From Chara braunii (taxonomy: Eukaryota > Plantae > Charophyceae), in contig BFEA01000041.1 of NCBI GenBank assembly GCA_003427395.1, positions 4,372,345-4,424,533 on the forward strand: DNA of 52,189 bases, written 5' to 3'. The notes under the pieces are model-generated. The model searched no databases and was not told the origin of the DNA. It saw nothing but the letters and a program-made list of their open reading frames with translations. The translations under genes were made by a program, and so were the position numbers. Positions 11,362-24,582 of this stretch are shown piece by piece; position 1 is the first letter of the stretch; the number at the start of each line of letters is the position of its first letter.

Positions 11362-14348
11362 ATGATAAATTGATACTAATAATAAAATAAAAAGAATCAG
11401 CAAGAATACGAGTTGTTGCTCCGATGTCCGAGTGTGACGTGGTGTATTTTTTTGTACTACGGTTTATACTACGAGGGTCTACAACAGATTCTGCATGGAG
11501 AGCCAATGCAGGTTTTGACGAGCACCTCATATTTTTTGCGTCTTTGGAGAGAACTACCATTGGTGGGACCCCTTTCAGGTCTGATGTTCATTTTTGAGGG
11601 CATGATGGTAGAACATATGGAACCTAACAATCTGTGAGGAGGCATCTTTCTAGCTTCTAGTGAGTGCTTCGAGGTATCACTAATGCGTTTGTGTATCACT
11701 GGCACAAAAAATAGAAACACGAGTACCTTTCGCCGCTTGAAAAATAAATATGCGCCTCATGTATAAAAGAGAGAGAGGGAGATGGGGCAAACCTAGAGGG
11801 TTGGCATAAACAATGGTCTCAACATTAAAATGCGAAGCCGACAAAACATTCAAATCCCAATATCGCTTTTCTCCCCAAAAAAAAAAAAAAAAAAAAAGAG
11901 GGGGGAAGTGAGGGAAGTAGCATCGAAATTGGTTATGCATAGGAGAAGAATGTCAATACTTTATTGCCGATACTAGAGGAAAGCGGATGATATTTGAGTA
12001 AATTGTGCTGCTCTTATTTACCTTTCTACTATTAAAAAAAAAAAAAAGGAGAGCAAGAATAGTGTCCGATCTCCAGCACGACATCACTAGTTGATTTGTC
12101 TATTGCTCATTTGCTGACCTGACTGTCCGATTATGATCCTAGTATATGGTAATCCAGGTAGAAACCTCTTGACCTTTTAAGACGAAAGAAATTTCTAGGA
12201 GAAACCACTTACCTAAAAGGAAGCAGGAGGACGCTAATGCGACAATGAATCGCGTCACCCCACACGTTTAAGGCTAACAGACAATTTTACGCAACAAACG
12301 ATCCTCAAATAAGCAAATTTGAGCTTGATTTAGCTGATCTTACCCATCATCTATTACAAATTGAGGGTATCGTTACTATCGCCATCCAAAAAAAAAAAAA
12401 AAAAAAACCACAAAAAAAAAAAAAAAAAAAAAAAAAAAGGAAGAAGGAATCCATCACAAATTTTGCTCATCTCTTCAAATGACGACCAAAGCCGAGGGAT
12501 CAAGCCACAACCCCAGACCAAAACTGCCTCCTAGTAAGCTAGCAAAAGAGAAGGGAGGATGAGAAACGGAGAAAAGGAAGAGGAGAAGGGGACTAGAATG
12601 CAAATTTGGTACCATATAGTGTGTATCAGAAAGAGAGTTTCTACATATCTGTTAACAAAGCTAACTCGTCACTGATCATGCCCCAACAATCGAAATTCGC
12701 TCCAAAAAGACCCGGGTCTATTCTGAAAAAAAAAAAAAAAACTCTTAGGCAATACTCGGATTATACTCCCGTGCTCACCTCTTGCGAATTCAGAAAAAAC
12801 GCCTCAGGCCACTCATAACTGGACTCTCCCATCGACATCCCACATCAAGGGCTCTTCACAATTACTTATTTTTCGCTTATACTTGACCATGATTTAAAGA
12901 TGGTATCTCATAACACTCACAAAACAAAGATAAAAAGCCCGTAAGGTGGTAGTTTCAAAAAAAAAAAAAAAATGGTGGGGAGGGAGAAGGTGGGGGAGGG
13001 CCGGGAGACCACAATACTGGACGTGGACTCGGGGCATAAGCACCAAACGCCATTCAAAAAAATAAGGAAAAGAAAATGGAAGAAAGTTGAAAAAAGGGGA
13101 GGAAGAAGAAGGAAGAAGGGCCCGGGGAGAAAGAAGAGGGACGGGGGAGTAGAAAGGAAGAAGAGGCGGGGTAAGGGCAAAGCCAGGAGACGGTTACAAC
13201 TTTCTCGGATTAAGCTCGAAAGGTCGCAAAGGAGAAGGGAAAAAGGAAAGGAAGGAAAGGGGGCGGATATATCTAAAGGAGAAGGGAAGAAGGAAAGGAA
13301 GGAAAGGAGGGAGAAGGGGTCTCACTTGGTACCCCAAATCTAGCATCATTCCGTCTAGTGGCAAGAAAAATCTCACTTTCGTGGCCCACCACGACCAAGG
13401 CAGCCATAGCCATTTCGGACAAAATTGAAATGAGGAAAAACTCCTCCAGGATCCTTGGTTGAGTATGCTCTCAAGTGTCCAACCTTGCCTTATCCCTTCT
13501 CGAAACCCCCCAACAAGAAAGTTGTGACTACTCTCAACCCTCCCCAAACCCACTTCCTTTTACCAAGCTTTCGGTCTATTTTTAAAGGTCCGAGGAGTCA
13601 AACTTTCCTTTGTCTTCATACTAAGGAAGATGGTTCCCTTCAAATCAGCACCCAAGAGGGCATAACAGATGCGAAGTTCTTTGGAAAGCTCTACGAAGGA
13701 AGTTCCCTGATAAGTGGCTCTTCATGAGTCTTCAAGATTAATGACTACAAATTTTCCCCAGCGTCGAGTCTTAGTATAAGTAGGCTGAGTTAGGCGAGCC
13801 TCTACATCTACATCTATATCCCTGAGTCCCAACCCTTTGCCTCCTCTTTACCAACTCTCCCATAAGTAAGTCATAATACATAAATCACATAATGACTTTA
13901 CATATCGCCACCCTTTCTGCGTACACATCTTCTGACGGACAGCATCCTGCAGACGTGCCATCTTCTCCTTGGTTATTGGTGGTGCCTGTTCCTCGAAGAC
14001 TCCTTGACTAAGGGCATAATTCTGATAAGCACCCTAAATAGTTTTGCTTTTATGGACTTGCAAGGATTGTGCGAACCTCTGCGTCCGAGATACTTGAAAC
14101 AGGTACTCATGCAGCTAATACCACCCTCCACCATGCTAACTGCCACAAAGGGGAGACTATTCTTGTCTGTGGTACGGGATCAGGTACGTAACTCAGACAA
14201 CCAACACCCTTCAAAGAAAGCTAAGACATCCAAGTCGCAACAGTTGTGAAGACCACGATCTACATTGTTGACTTTCATCCACCGAAGAAGCTTACACAGC
14301 ATGCGACCCCTCTCCTTCTCCATTCCACGACTGGAGCCATTGTCAGCC

Positions 14349-15784
14349 TGTGACAAGCCCGGATCCGTACTTAAGGGCTTTCCGTACCCTGAGGGGGAAA
14401 ACCCAAGTAAGCCTTAAAGTACGGATTTTGGTTGATCGAGGAAAGAGGGGTCTATTTTCCTTTTCTTTTTCTTTTTCTTCTTTTTGGAAGGGGGGACGAA
14501 ACAAAGACTTGTATTTTTTAGAACTACCCTTGATCACTGGTGCGCGCGAACGGTTAGCGACCGCCCCGGGAAATCCAAAAAACGGTTAGGAATTACTATG
14601 GGCGGAATTTTTTTCTTGTGTATAATGTGCGTGCGACTGTTTTTCAAATTTCTTGCATGCCACGTAAACCCGTTCCCCCGCCATGCATCGCTGCGCCATC
14701 TTCCCTTCTTGCTGCACACTCCCCTCTTAAATGCCTCTTCGTGTTCCCAAGAGCGAAGTCCGATCCTCTCCTTACCAATCACGACGAGCGATTGACCGTG
14801 TAGTTGGGATGGTCGGATCAATGTGGTGAAAGCGGGAAGCGCACACCACTTGAACGACCACCCCAATCACACGGAACGTTCGACTCGCCTCTTTCCATCC
14901 TCCTGGAACCTCAGCCTTTCTTTTGTCCATCTCATCTACACTCCTTGCTACCCACACCTCGCGCTGGCACTTTTCGCGCCATAAAATCTCGCAGTCCCTT
15001 CCTCTCCTCCTCTTTGATCGCGACTGCAATGCTGCGCGAGCTATGCGCGAGGTCCGCAATCTCGAACAAGCTTGACGTGCCCAAGGACGGGCGGCGTGAC
15101 AACGTGGGACAGACTTAGCGATAAACTTGGGGTAAGACAGTCGGAGTGATGGAGCGATGGTGAAGATCGAATGCCGCCAACGATAGGGCCTTGTGGCTAT
15201 GGTTGGTGGAAGTTCAAATTGATTGGGGGCTGCGCCTGAGGGAGATCGACCGTGTGTGGAATTTTGAATTGTGAGGGACTCACTTTAATCTCCATTGTTG
15301 CGTTGTCCAAGTGTGATGCGTGCAATGTCCCGGAGTATGGGTATTCTCTTGTATGCATGTTGTGGTGCGAGAGTCTATGAATGCTGAATGTCTCACTGTC
15401 CAAGATAGATGAATGAGTAGCTGTGTGGGCGCTTACATGCGCAACTCTGGGGAACATTGGGTGTCGACCGTCTGCATGGATGCATGAGTGTGTTGGATTT
15501 CCCTCCTTCCCCAACCCCTTTGCCGATCCCGGGCCTCATGACACCACGTGTATGCGCGGGGATCGTCACTAAACTCTTTCCCTCCTCTCCCCTCGTGCAT
15601 GCAAAGGGTTTAGGTCAATTGGGCTGCTGTCGCCCCCACGACTTGCACTCGATAACCCGGGATATCGGTCGCCCGCGCTTCCATGACGTGACTGATATCT
15701 CTGCGACTCGATTGTGGTTAGAATAGTCCGAATAACTAAACGACGATCACGGCGCCGGATCTCCGAGCACGCATTCGGATTGAC

Positions 15785-15877
<93 letters not shown>

Positions 15878-16174
15878 NNNNNNNNNNNNNNNNNNNNNNN
15901 NNNNNNNNNNNNNNNNNNNNNNNNNNNNNNNNNNNNNNNNNNNNNNNNNNNNNNNNNNNNNNNNNNNNNNNNNNNNNNNNNNATTTGACCTTTGTATGGA
16001 GTCAGCGTTCGTCTCGGCGAACGTGAGCGCGGGCCATTGCCCGCGCTCAATCTTCGCGTTGGTCCATTGCCCCGATCGCAGGCGACAATAGCGTGTAGTG
16101 CGATGCGGACGTACGAAGCACTGTGCGATGAACCGAATAGATTCGTCTGTATAACCCTGCTAGGGCCTGTCACA
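14349..16174. mobile_element. Probable solo LTR (TGTGACAAGCCC...GGGCCTGTCACA)
   Basis: 12-bp inverted termini with 1 mismatch, TG..CA; contains (AG)n and an N gap; no TSD. Confidence 0.55.
15790..15877. repeat. (AG)n microsatellite abutting an assembly gap
   Basis: Seen directly. Confidence 0.95.
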
Positions 16175-16746
16175 TAGGAGGGAGTGGGTTTGTGTTGATT
16201 GATCGGTTCTCCTCCCCTCCCCTGATCCTGCCCTATACGGATCCGAAAGTGTTACCCTGGTCAGCGGCCCACGCCACGTGGCTGCATCGGTTTAATCGCC
16301 GCTGGTGTTGCCAGGGAGATTCGTGTTCCTGGCGAAGATTAGTCCCACGATACGAAGGTGCGGCTCGATTCCCAGAACTCTCCCGCAATGCGGCTGCGCT
16401 CCCAGCTAACTTCCGGACCTGGGTTCCCCCAGCCCAGCCTACACTAAGCGACGCCGCACCGGGACATCCGCATGGACTCGACGAATGAGACACCGAGGCC
16501 TGACAACTCTGTGCCGATGGGGCTTCCGCCACCGAGTTAGCATGGATGTAGCACGAAAGGGGTGGTGAATTCTGCTTCTCCCGGTTGTTTTTCTTCTCCT
16601 TCTGGTTTTGTCAATGGTCAGCTGGGTAACACGTTGGTTGCAGGCCCCTCGGCCGAGAGTGAGTTTTTGAAAACTGGGCAGAACCTGTCGTTTCAAATTA
16701 ACCTCTTTCCTTGCCCGGTCTCTCTCTCTTTTGCCATTGACGACAG

Positions 16747-16983
16747 CCCAAATTCAAGGAACGCCTCGGTACGGAACAAAAATCCCCCCGTCCGCCCGGG
16801 CGATTCAACCCCACCGGCCAAAAATCCTTGGCTACACCCCCAATTACTCTGATCGCCGTTTAAGGGCCAAATTAAATTCAAGGAACGCCTCGGTACGGAA
16901 CACGAATTTCCTGTTCCGCCCGGGCTATTCAACCCCACTGGCCTAAAATCCTCGGCCACACCCCCAATTACTCTGATCGCCAT
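16747..16983. repeat. ~123-bp tandem duplication related to the LTR-end sequence at 48170-48240
   Basis: AAATTCAAGGAACGCCTCGGTACGGAAC...AAAATCCT(T/C)GGC.ACACCCCCAATTACTCTGATC occurs twice; the same 3' motif is at 48203-48236. Confidence 0.75.
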
Positions 16984-17140
16984 TCAAGACCTCCAACCAC
17001 CACAGTCTGCAGACATGCATTTCAATCCAATTTCATTACAATTTCATGTCCACTGCAGCAAGAAGGACGGCGAACTTTGGGTTGGGATGGAGGTGCTGGG
17101 CCTTCCAGGCCACTTGTTCATATGGATGGACCTCCATTCT

Positions 17141-18043
<903 letters not shown>

Positions 18044-18091
18044 GACCTCAATTCTTTTCTTATTACTCATTTCATTACTGAACTTCTTCTT

Positions 18092-18906
18092 CTTTTTTTT
18101 TTTTTTTTGAACAAAAAAACCTCTTCCTCTTCAAATGCTCTCTTCAAACAACGAAACATTTCGTTTTTTTTTTTCTTTTAAAAAAAACCTCTTCCTCTTC
18201 AAATGCTCTCTTCAAACAAAGAAACATTTCGTTTCCGTTCGGCTCAATTAGGCCCAAAGTATACCGACGCTGGAAAATGGGACCTCTAGAACATCCAACA
18301 ACGGATGTCTTCAAAACGGAAAGGGAATTACGGCTGTTCCGTCCTCTTCAAAACTCGCTTCAATGCTTAAATTCAGAACGTAAAGAATGCTTTCGAAATT
18401 CCTTTCTGCCAGAAAAGCACGCTACTACGCCGTGGCTCCACTGCGGATGCGGGCAGGTCCCTTTCGCTTCTTCGTGGCGGTAGGCTCGGGATCAACCTCT
18501 TCTTCACAGGTGCCTCCCTCTCAGACAGAATAAGCTCGATGTGGCATAGTGATGACATGTAGGGATTGATACGGCCGTGAGCACGATACGTCCTCCTCCT
18601 CTGCTTATGTGCCTTGTTGACCTGAATGTGGGAGATGAAAAGTGTGTCGACATCGAGACCCTTCACCTCAGCGTTACTCTCGGCATTCTTCAGGAGTCCC
18701 AGCAGGAAATTGGCAGACTTCGCGGGCCATCTAGCCTGCCCGTTGGTCTGACCCTTGTTCTTCGCCTGAGCGGTACGGCCAACACCACCGCAAAACCGGC
18801 GGAATGGAACGGCTTGCTTGTGGGCGATGACATCCTCGAGGTATCTCTTCGCCTTGTTCAACTCCATCATTTTGATCGCCTGAGCTGTCTCTCGGGTGTT
18901 CTTCAA
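18092..18906 (-). pseudogene. RPL17: 5'-truncated processed pseudogene of 60S ribosomal protein L17 (uL22)
   Basis: [106 protein letters not shown]. Intronless; frameshift near 18500; stop at 18425-27; 3'UTR then poly(A) at ~18092-18108; N-terminus absent. Confidence 0.93.
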
Positions 18907-19063
18907 AACAGCCTCCCTGCTGGTAGCGAGCAAAGATTCTCTACGCGGTGCCAGTGCTGTGGGGTGCGAGGTCGAACAAGGTTGGAAAAAAAAAAAAAAA
19001 AGGTTGGCCGGTTGGTGATTCTCCTTCTGTCGACGCGCAGGAATGTGCGTGATCCAAGTGCAG

Positions 19064-19230
19064 GGGCGAGGTCCCACAAGCAAAGAGGATTGGATTGAAA
19101 GCCTGAATCTGGACTTTTCGGTCGGAAAGGTGCAGAAAACCGAGATTGAACTGCTTTTCTGCATCCCTGCTTAAAACACGTCCAGATTCCGGGGATTTAT
19201 CCAATCCTCTTTGCTAGTGGGACCTCGCCC
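19064..19230. mobile_element. PIF/Harbinger-like MITE family B
   Basis: TIR GGGCGAGGTCCCAC.AGCAAAGAGGATTGGAT / ATCCAATCCTCTTTGCTAGTGGGACCTCGCCC; CAG flanks. Confidence 0.85.
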
Positions 19231-19612
19231 CCAGGGAAAGGGAAAAACAGACGAGCAAGAAGAGCCCTTTTTTTTGTTTTTTTTGAAAAGAAGAGACATT
19301 TCGCTTTCTGTCTGTTTGACAAAGAGAAAGGGCCTACCGCCTACCGTAGTTGCACTACTCCCCATCTGCCGCAATTCTCAATGAATCTGAGCAGGAAAAT
19401 CCGTCCTGATGCAATGAATCTCAGAAGGAAAATCCGTCCTGGTGCATTCAGAATGTTGGCCCAAAAGCAAGAACAACAAATGGGACCTCGTTCCACTACT
19501 CATGTGTGCTGGCCGTCGAGTACGAACTACGTATCAGCTTGTGCTCGGCTGATCAGAGCAAGTCTCAGGGCATGCATCTGACCGCAATTACGTCCAGCGG
19601 TTAGCTGACAAT

Positions 19613-19963
19613 GGGCCTCTCTCCACTACAGTAACTCTCCACATGTCCAAAACGAGAGTGAATCTTCCGCTAAAACATGGAAAGATGCGGCGCCATGATT
19701 TTTGTCTTTTGTGCATGTGAAGTGTAGTGGAGCGAGGAGAGGATTAATGTCCGTGTGAGGAGATCGTAGTCCGTGTGAGGAGATCGTAAGCACGTTCACA
19801 CGTTCAGCGCGGCAGAAACGAAACTAATGATAACGAAACTTTGGGCCTCGCTGCACTACTCTCCACATGCACAAAAGACAAAAAATATGGCGGTGCATCT
19901 TTCCATGTTCTAGGAGAAGATTCGTTCTCATTCTGCACATTTGGAGAGTATTGGAGCGACGCG
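19613..19963. mobile_element. Two MITE family C copies in opposite orientation (~19613-19737, ~19843-19963)
   Basis: GGGCCTC(G/T)CT.CACTAC termini; interiors match 17797-17918. Confidence 0.7.
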
Positions 19964-19988
19964 CGTTGTTTCTTCCGTCCGAGGACAG

Positions 19989-20086
19989 GGGCAAGGTCCC
20001 GCTTGCACGGATTACGAGATTCTGACCGTTAGATCTGTGCTATCTACGGTCAATATCTCTTAATTCGTGTAAGTGGGACCTAGCCC
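19989..20086. mobile_element. PIF/Harbinger-like MITE family A
   Basis: TIR GGGCAAGGTCCCGCTTGCACG / CGTGTAAGTGGGACCTAGCCC; TSD CAG. Confidence 0.88.
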
Positions 20087-20447
20087 CAGGGCAAAAGCGG
20101 GAGAAGTTCTTTCGGGGAAAAAAAAAAAAAAGCGGGAGAAGCTTCGCCGTCTGGTTCGTTTTTGGCATTGAAAAGCATTGAAACCCCCGCTGGGTATAGT
20201 GCTGTCGGCATTGAAAACGCCCCAGAGACGACAGCAACGCAGTTGTTAGCCGATCTGGTTGGCGATCGGAATCGGAAAAAGTAAAACATAAAAGATTCGC
20301 TGATCGGATTTGTTCGCGCGCGCGGGGGCGGAGTTGGCGGTCGTTGCTGATTCGGTACGATTCATTCCATTCCTTTTCCATTTTCCATTTTCCATTCCAT
20401 GGCGCCAGAAGGCCATCTGCCGGCAGAAGCCTCGTCCGCGAGGCCGG

Positions 20448-20652
20448 GGGCATGGTCCCACTATATATATATCTGTTTGTGACGATATATATATATATAG
20501 CAAAGAGGATCGGATCGAATGCCTGAATCTGGACGAGGTTATGGAGATGTGCAGGAAATCGAGATTTAACTGCTTTTCTGCATCTCTGCATAAAACACAT
20601 CCAGATTCGGGAGCTCGATCCTATCGTTTTTTTTGCTAGTGGGACCTCGGCC
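20448..20652. mobile_element. MITE family B copy carrying a (TA)n-core-(TA)n insertion
   Basis: Colinear with 19064-19230; TSD CGG; about 36 extra nt at 20462-20499. Confidence 0.82.
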
Positions 20653-20717
20653 CGGAGGGCAGGAGGGCAGGAGGGCGCGGGATGGGGACCGAAAGAAAAA
20701 AACGAAAAAAGAAGCCG

Positions 20718-20818
20718 GGGTGAAGGTCCCAGTTGCACGGATTAAGAGATGCTGGCCGTTGATCTTTGCTATCTACGGTCAATATCGCTTAATAATTCGT
20801 GTATGTGGGACCTAGCCC
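20718..20818. mobile_element. MITE family A
   Basis: Colinear with 19989-20086; TSD CCG. Confidence 0.85.
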
Positions 20819-21090
20819 CCGGCCCCTGTCGCATGAACGGGTAGTCTGGGCTTTTTGTTCCTTGATATTGAGAAAATTAACGGCTAGAATCTCAAAGAAT
20901 CCAGGCGAGCGGAACCTCGCCCCGCCCACGCGTGCCCCGCCAATTGCCAGAATTGTCTCCCGCGCTTTCAACGAATCATGGAAATCTTCTCCCAGTTCTA
21001 TCCAACGCTTGCATGCTCGCTTTTTCATTGCTGGCCGTGGATCGGTGCAATATATGTACGGTCCCCGCTGTGCTTCCATAAATATGCAAT

Positions 21091-21120
21091 TGAACCTGCG
21101 GAAGGATCATTAAAAAAAAA
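21091..21120 (+). pseudogene. 3'-terminal fragment of 18S rRNA with A-tail
   Basis: TGAACCTGCGGAAGGATCATT (the conserved 18S 3' terminus) is followed directly by A9 rather than ITS1. TATGCA(A/G)T lies on both flanks. Confidence 0.7.
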
Positions 21121-21431
21121 GAAAACATTATGCAGTGGATCGGCGCAATAAGTTGTTGCCAAAGTTTCCCCCGCGTTTCGAGCCCCGCTCCTCCACACTC
21201 CAATTGTGAAAAAGACAAAATAATGGCGGGTGTAGCTTTCCACTCTGTAGCCACAGCTGACGGTACAGCAGCTACAGCAGAGTCGGCATTTCGCACGTCT
21301 TGTGAGAGCGGCGCAGCCAGGCTCTTTTTCCTTCCGTGAAATGAAAATTTTCTTGACTCACGTAGCAGTGAGTCGGATGGGCGAAGGTAGCGAGGTGTGA
21401 AACTGCCGCGCGATTTTAAAAACTAGTGAAC

Positions 21432-21471
<40 letters not shown>

Positions 21472-22302
21472 CCCGCTTCCATTCCTTGCCGCTTTCTTTG
21501 TCTTTCTCCCTCGCTAGCTTTGTCTCGTTCTCTTGTCATTTGACCTCGCTGTGGCGCTTCCATCATCTGTCTTCGAGGGCGTTTTCATTCGGAAACTTTT
21601 TTCATATTGTATTTTGCGTGAATCTGGGCGCAAAATTGCCCCCGGATGCATCAGGCAAGTCCTGAGTATCCCCTTAATCACCATCTGCGTGATTTCATTC
21701 GTCTGGTTAAATAGCTACAGACTCCAATACCACCGGTCTTTCTGGGCGAAACTCTCCTGGCGGGCGGCACTTTTTCACCTGGGAGCATTTCCTGCTGAGG
21801 AGGTACGTTCTCCTCTTTCCCCCCCTTTTTTTTATTTATTTTATTTATTTCCCCTCTTTCCGTCTCCTGAGTACATCTAGCAAATGTCATATGCATTTTT
21901 CTCTCTTCAACTCCTTCCCCTCTCCTCTTCCTCTCGTTTTCCTTGTCTTCTTCACTTATTTTCTCTCCTGAAATCTCTGGGACCAGGGCCGAATCTCAAC
22001 AGAAGACGACATTGAGGTCACTTTTAACTGCTTACAACACCCGGTTCCCTGTCCTCCATAGCTGCATTTTTCGACTTTCCTTCCCCTCGCCATCGCTCAA
22101 TGTTTCATTATCCATCCATCATTTCTTTGTTGGTCCTTTCTTATTCCCACCTGTTCTTCCTGTTAAGGTCGGCCCTCTGTGAAATGACGCTCACTAGCGA
22201 TTCCCGCTAGCCTCTAGCATGGTGCCCGACAACTCTGAGCGGCTTCTTCGTATCTTCGTTTCCCTTTGTTCCTGGCTCGCTCCAAGTCTGACTCAGTCGA
22301 TC

Positions 22303-22610
22303 GGGACTGAAGTGTGTGTGACGTGCTCAAGGTGGACTGAAGTGTGTGTGACGTGCTCAAGGTGGACTGAATTCTGGCTCGTGCTTCACTCCACGCTTGT
22401 GACGTGCTACTTGGATGTGAAGCGCAGTTGCCGATCGGCATGGCGGTCTGAAATCGCGCACACTCCAACACTGTGTGCAAATCCCTTAGTACACGAAATG
22501 CATGCCTGACTCATTCCTTGTGACGTGCTCCTTGGACGTGAAGCGCTGTTAGCGATCGGCATGGTGGTGGTTTGAACTCCCGCACTTCAACACGGTGTCA
22601 AATCCCTTAC
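22303..22610. repeat. 30-bp tandem duplication followed by a ~120-bp degenerate duplication
   Basis: GGACTGAAGTGTGTGTGACGTGCTCAAGGT twice; CTTGTGACGTGCT.CTTGGA.GTGAAGCGC...AAATCCCTTA twice. Confidence 0.75.
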
Positions 22611-22635
22611 ACTTTGTAAAGTATTCCTCCTCCTG

Positions 22636-22735
22636 GGGCAAGGTCCCACTTGCACGGATTAGGAGATTTCGGCCGTTGATCTTCGCTATCGACGGTCAAT
22701 ATCGCATATTAATTGGTGCAAGTGGGACCTAGCCC
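22636..22735. mobile_element. MITE family A
   Basis: TIR GGGCAAGGTCCCACTTGCAC / GTGCAAGTGGGACCTAGCCC; TSD CTG. Confidence 0.9.
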
Positions 22736-22987
22736 CTGGGAGAGTGGCGCAAGCGGGGGCCAGGAGAGACGTACCCTCGTCGGCTACTCAAGGGGAGTGT
22801 GCAGCTTGCTGCCCCAAGCACACGCTTGAGTTCCCCCTGCCCTCACACCTGTCTGTGCAATTAAACACAGTAACTGTTGTAGAATTTGCCGCACAACAGT
22901 ACACTCAACAAATGGGAATCTGTGAACCTGTCATGTCGTAGCCCACGTGTAGAGAATGACTTTTCCAACTTCTGATCGCGAATACTA

Positions 22988-23094
22988 CCGTCTTCCCCCG
23001 AACACAACGCACCATCATTTTGACTGCATCGGGACGGAAAGATAGTCTGTATACATTCGTTATCAGGGTGTGCGTTATGTTCGGGGGAAGACGG
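22988..23094. mobile_element. Tc1/mariner(pogo)-like MITE
   Basis: TIR CCGTCTTCCCCCGAACACAACGCA / TGCGTTATGTTCGGGGGAAGACGG, flanked by TA on both sides. Confidence 0.82.
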
Positions 23095-23590
23095 TAGCAA
23101 TGGGGCCTAGTTGTTGCACTACTCGGCATCCACCTTGACAGCGTGCATGTCCAGGTGCATTCACAATGTTGGCGGATGACGAGTAATGCGACTATGCCCA
23201 TGGGGTTCTCGCTGTCAGATGTCCATCCTGATTATCATATCATAGATTTTGAATGTACCTGGACAGTGGGCCTGTCCAGATGCATTCACAGTGTTGGCGG
23301 ACAGCGAGTAATGCAACCAGGCCCATGGGGTTCGTTGTCAGATGTCCATCCTTATGATGATCATATCATCAATCATAGCTTGCAGTTACGCCTAAACAGT
23401 GGTGCTGGTTATCATCACCGCTTGTCTGCTCGTTGTGAAGGCAGATCAACCTCCTTTCTTTTCCTTTTTTTTTTTTTTTTTTTGTAAACGTGACTCTTGT
23501 GAGTCACGGCCCCTTTTTATCTTTTTCCGTTTCCCGATGGACTGTTTTTTCCATCACTGTTTTCTGATGGCCTGTTATTCCGTTTGCAAA

Positions 23591-23718
23591 TTAGCATGGA
23601 ATAACGCGATAAGACCCTGGTCCTATCTCGCGTTGGTCTTCGGGATTGGAGTAATAATTAATAGAGGCGGTTGGGGGCATTCGTATTCCNTTGTCAGAGG
23701 TGAAATTCTTGTAATTTA
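23591..23718 (+). pseudogene. Internal 18S rRNA fragment (end of V4 region)
   Basis: TTAGCATGGAATAACGCGATA...GTTGGTCTTCGGGATTGGAGTAAT.ATTAATAG.GGCGGTTGGGGGCATTCGTATTCC.TTGTCAGAGGTGAAATTCTTG matches conserved eukaryotic 18S; isolated and mutated. Confidence 0.9.
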
Positions 23719-23769
23719 TATATAATAAAAAAACGAAAATGATCGTTTGTATCGACCGTTATCCAATGG

Positions 23770-24250
23770 ACCGTTTGGATCAGATATTCAACCAATCGGA
23801 GAAGAGCAGAAAGCACATTTGGTCTTATAGCCAAAAAGCTGAGAGAGTTCTTCGGGACGTCTGTTAAAATTACAAGGACATAGAGAGAAGATTAGCGTAA
23901 AAGCCCTTGTGCAAGGATGACATGAAAAAAAAAAGGAAAACAGAACGGGGAAAGGTATAAATGAACCTCATTTCTTCGGTTCCTGATGGACCTTTCTCCG
24001 ATAATTCCTCCGATGGATCGTTTGTATGGATCATTTGGGTCAGATACTGGATTTTTTTTTATTTTATTTTTTTGCAGCCAGATACTGGATTATACTGATA
24101 AGAGAACAGCAAATAGTACATCGTAGTACATTATGTCTTGCAACCGAGGAAGTTGAAGATGAACCTCTTCGTTTTTTTTTTTTTTTTTTTCCAGATAGAC
24201 CGTTTGTATGGACCGTTATCGGATAGACCGTTAGGATCAGATACTGAACT
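23770..24250. repeat. Dispersed degenerate repeats of GA(T/C)CGTTTGTATGGACCGTTA...GGATCAGATA
   Basis: Copies at ~23771, ~24012 and ~24194. Confidence 0.6.
23847..23934 (+). pseudogene. U6: U6 snRNA pseudogene, 3'-truncated, A-tailed
   Basis: GTTCTTCGGGAC.TCTGTTAAAATT...AGAGAAGATTAGC...GCCCTTGTGCAAGGATGACA followed by A10. Confidence 0.8.
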
Positions 24251-24582
24251 CCTTTTTTTTTTTTTTTTTTTTTTTACAAAGCTTCCATCCATTCGTGGGG
24301 AGCAGCATGTGNTGGGAAACCAACCCAGCATTGGAAATGAACTTATGATGGCGATGATTGAAATCGTCTTAGTCCTGAAATTTGGGGTCAGGGGAATGAC
24401 GTCATTTTTTGCTTACCCTGGCCAAAAAGAGCAGCTAGGACTCATTTGTCTTTTTTTTTTTAAACTCATTTGTCTTTTAGTTACGTATGACACTTTTTTT
24501 TTCTAATCTATATACGTATTTATTGTAATTCCAAGATGGAGGACAGCATTGATTGTCCTGGCCAAAGACCAGGGGAGCAGCC

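Noticed and set aside
18373-19164. 263-aa ORF as a functional RPL17 gene
   Set aside because: The N-terminus runs through a MITE and poly-T, the true N-terminus is missing and the C-terminus is frameshifted.
23530-24250. CRISPR-like repeat-spacer pattern
   Set aside because: The repeats are degenerate and irregularly spaced, the context is eukaryotic and no cas genes are present.
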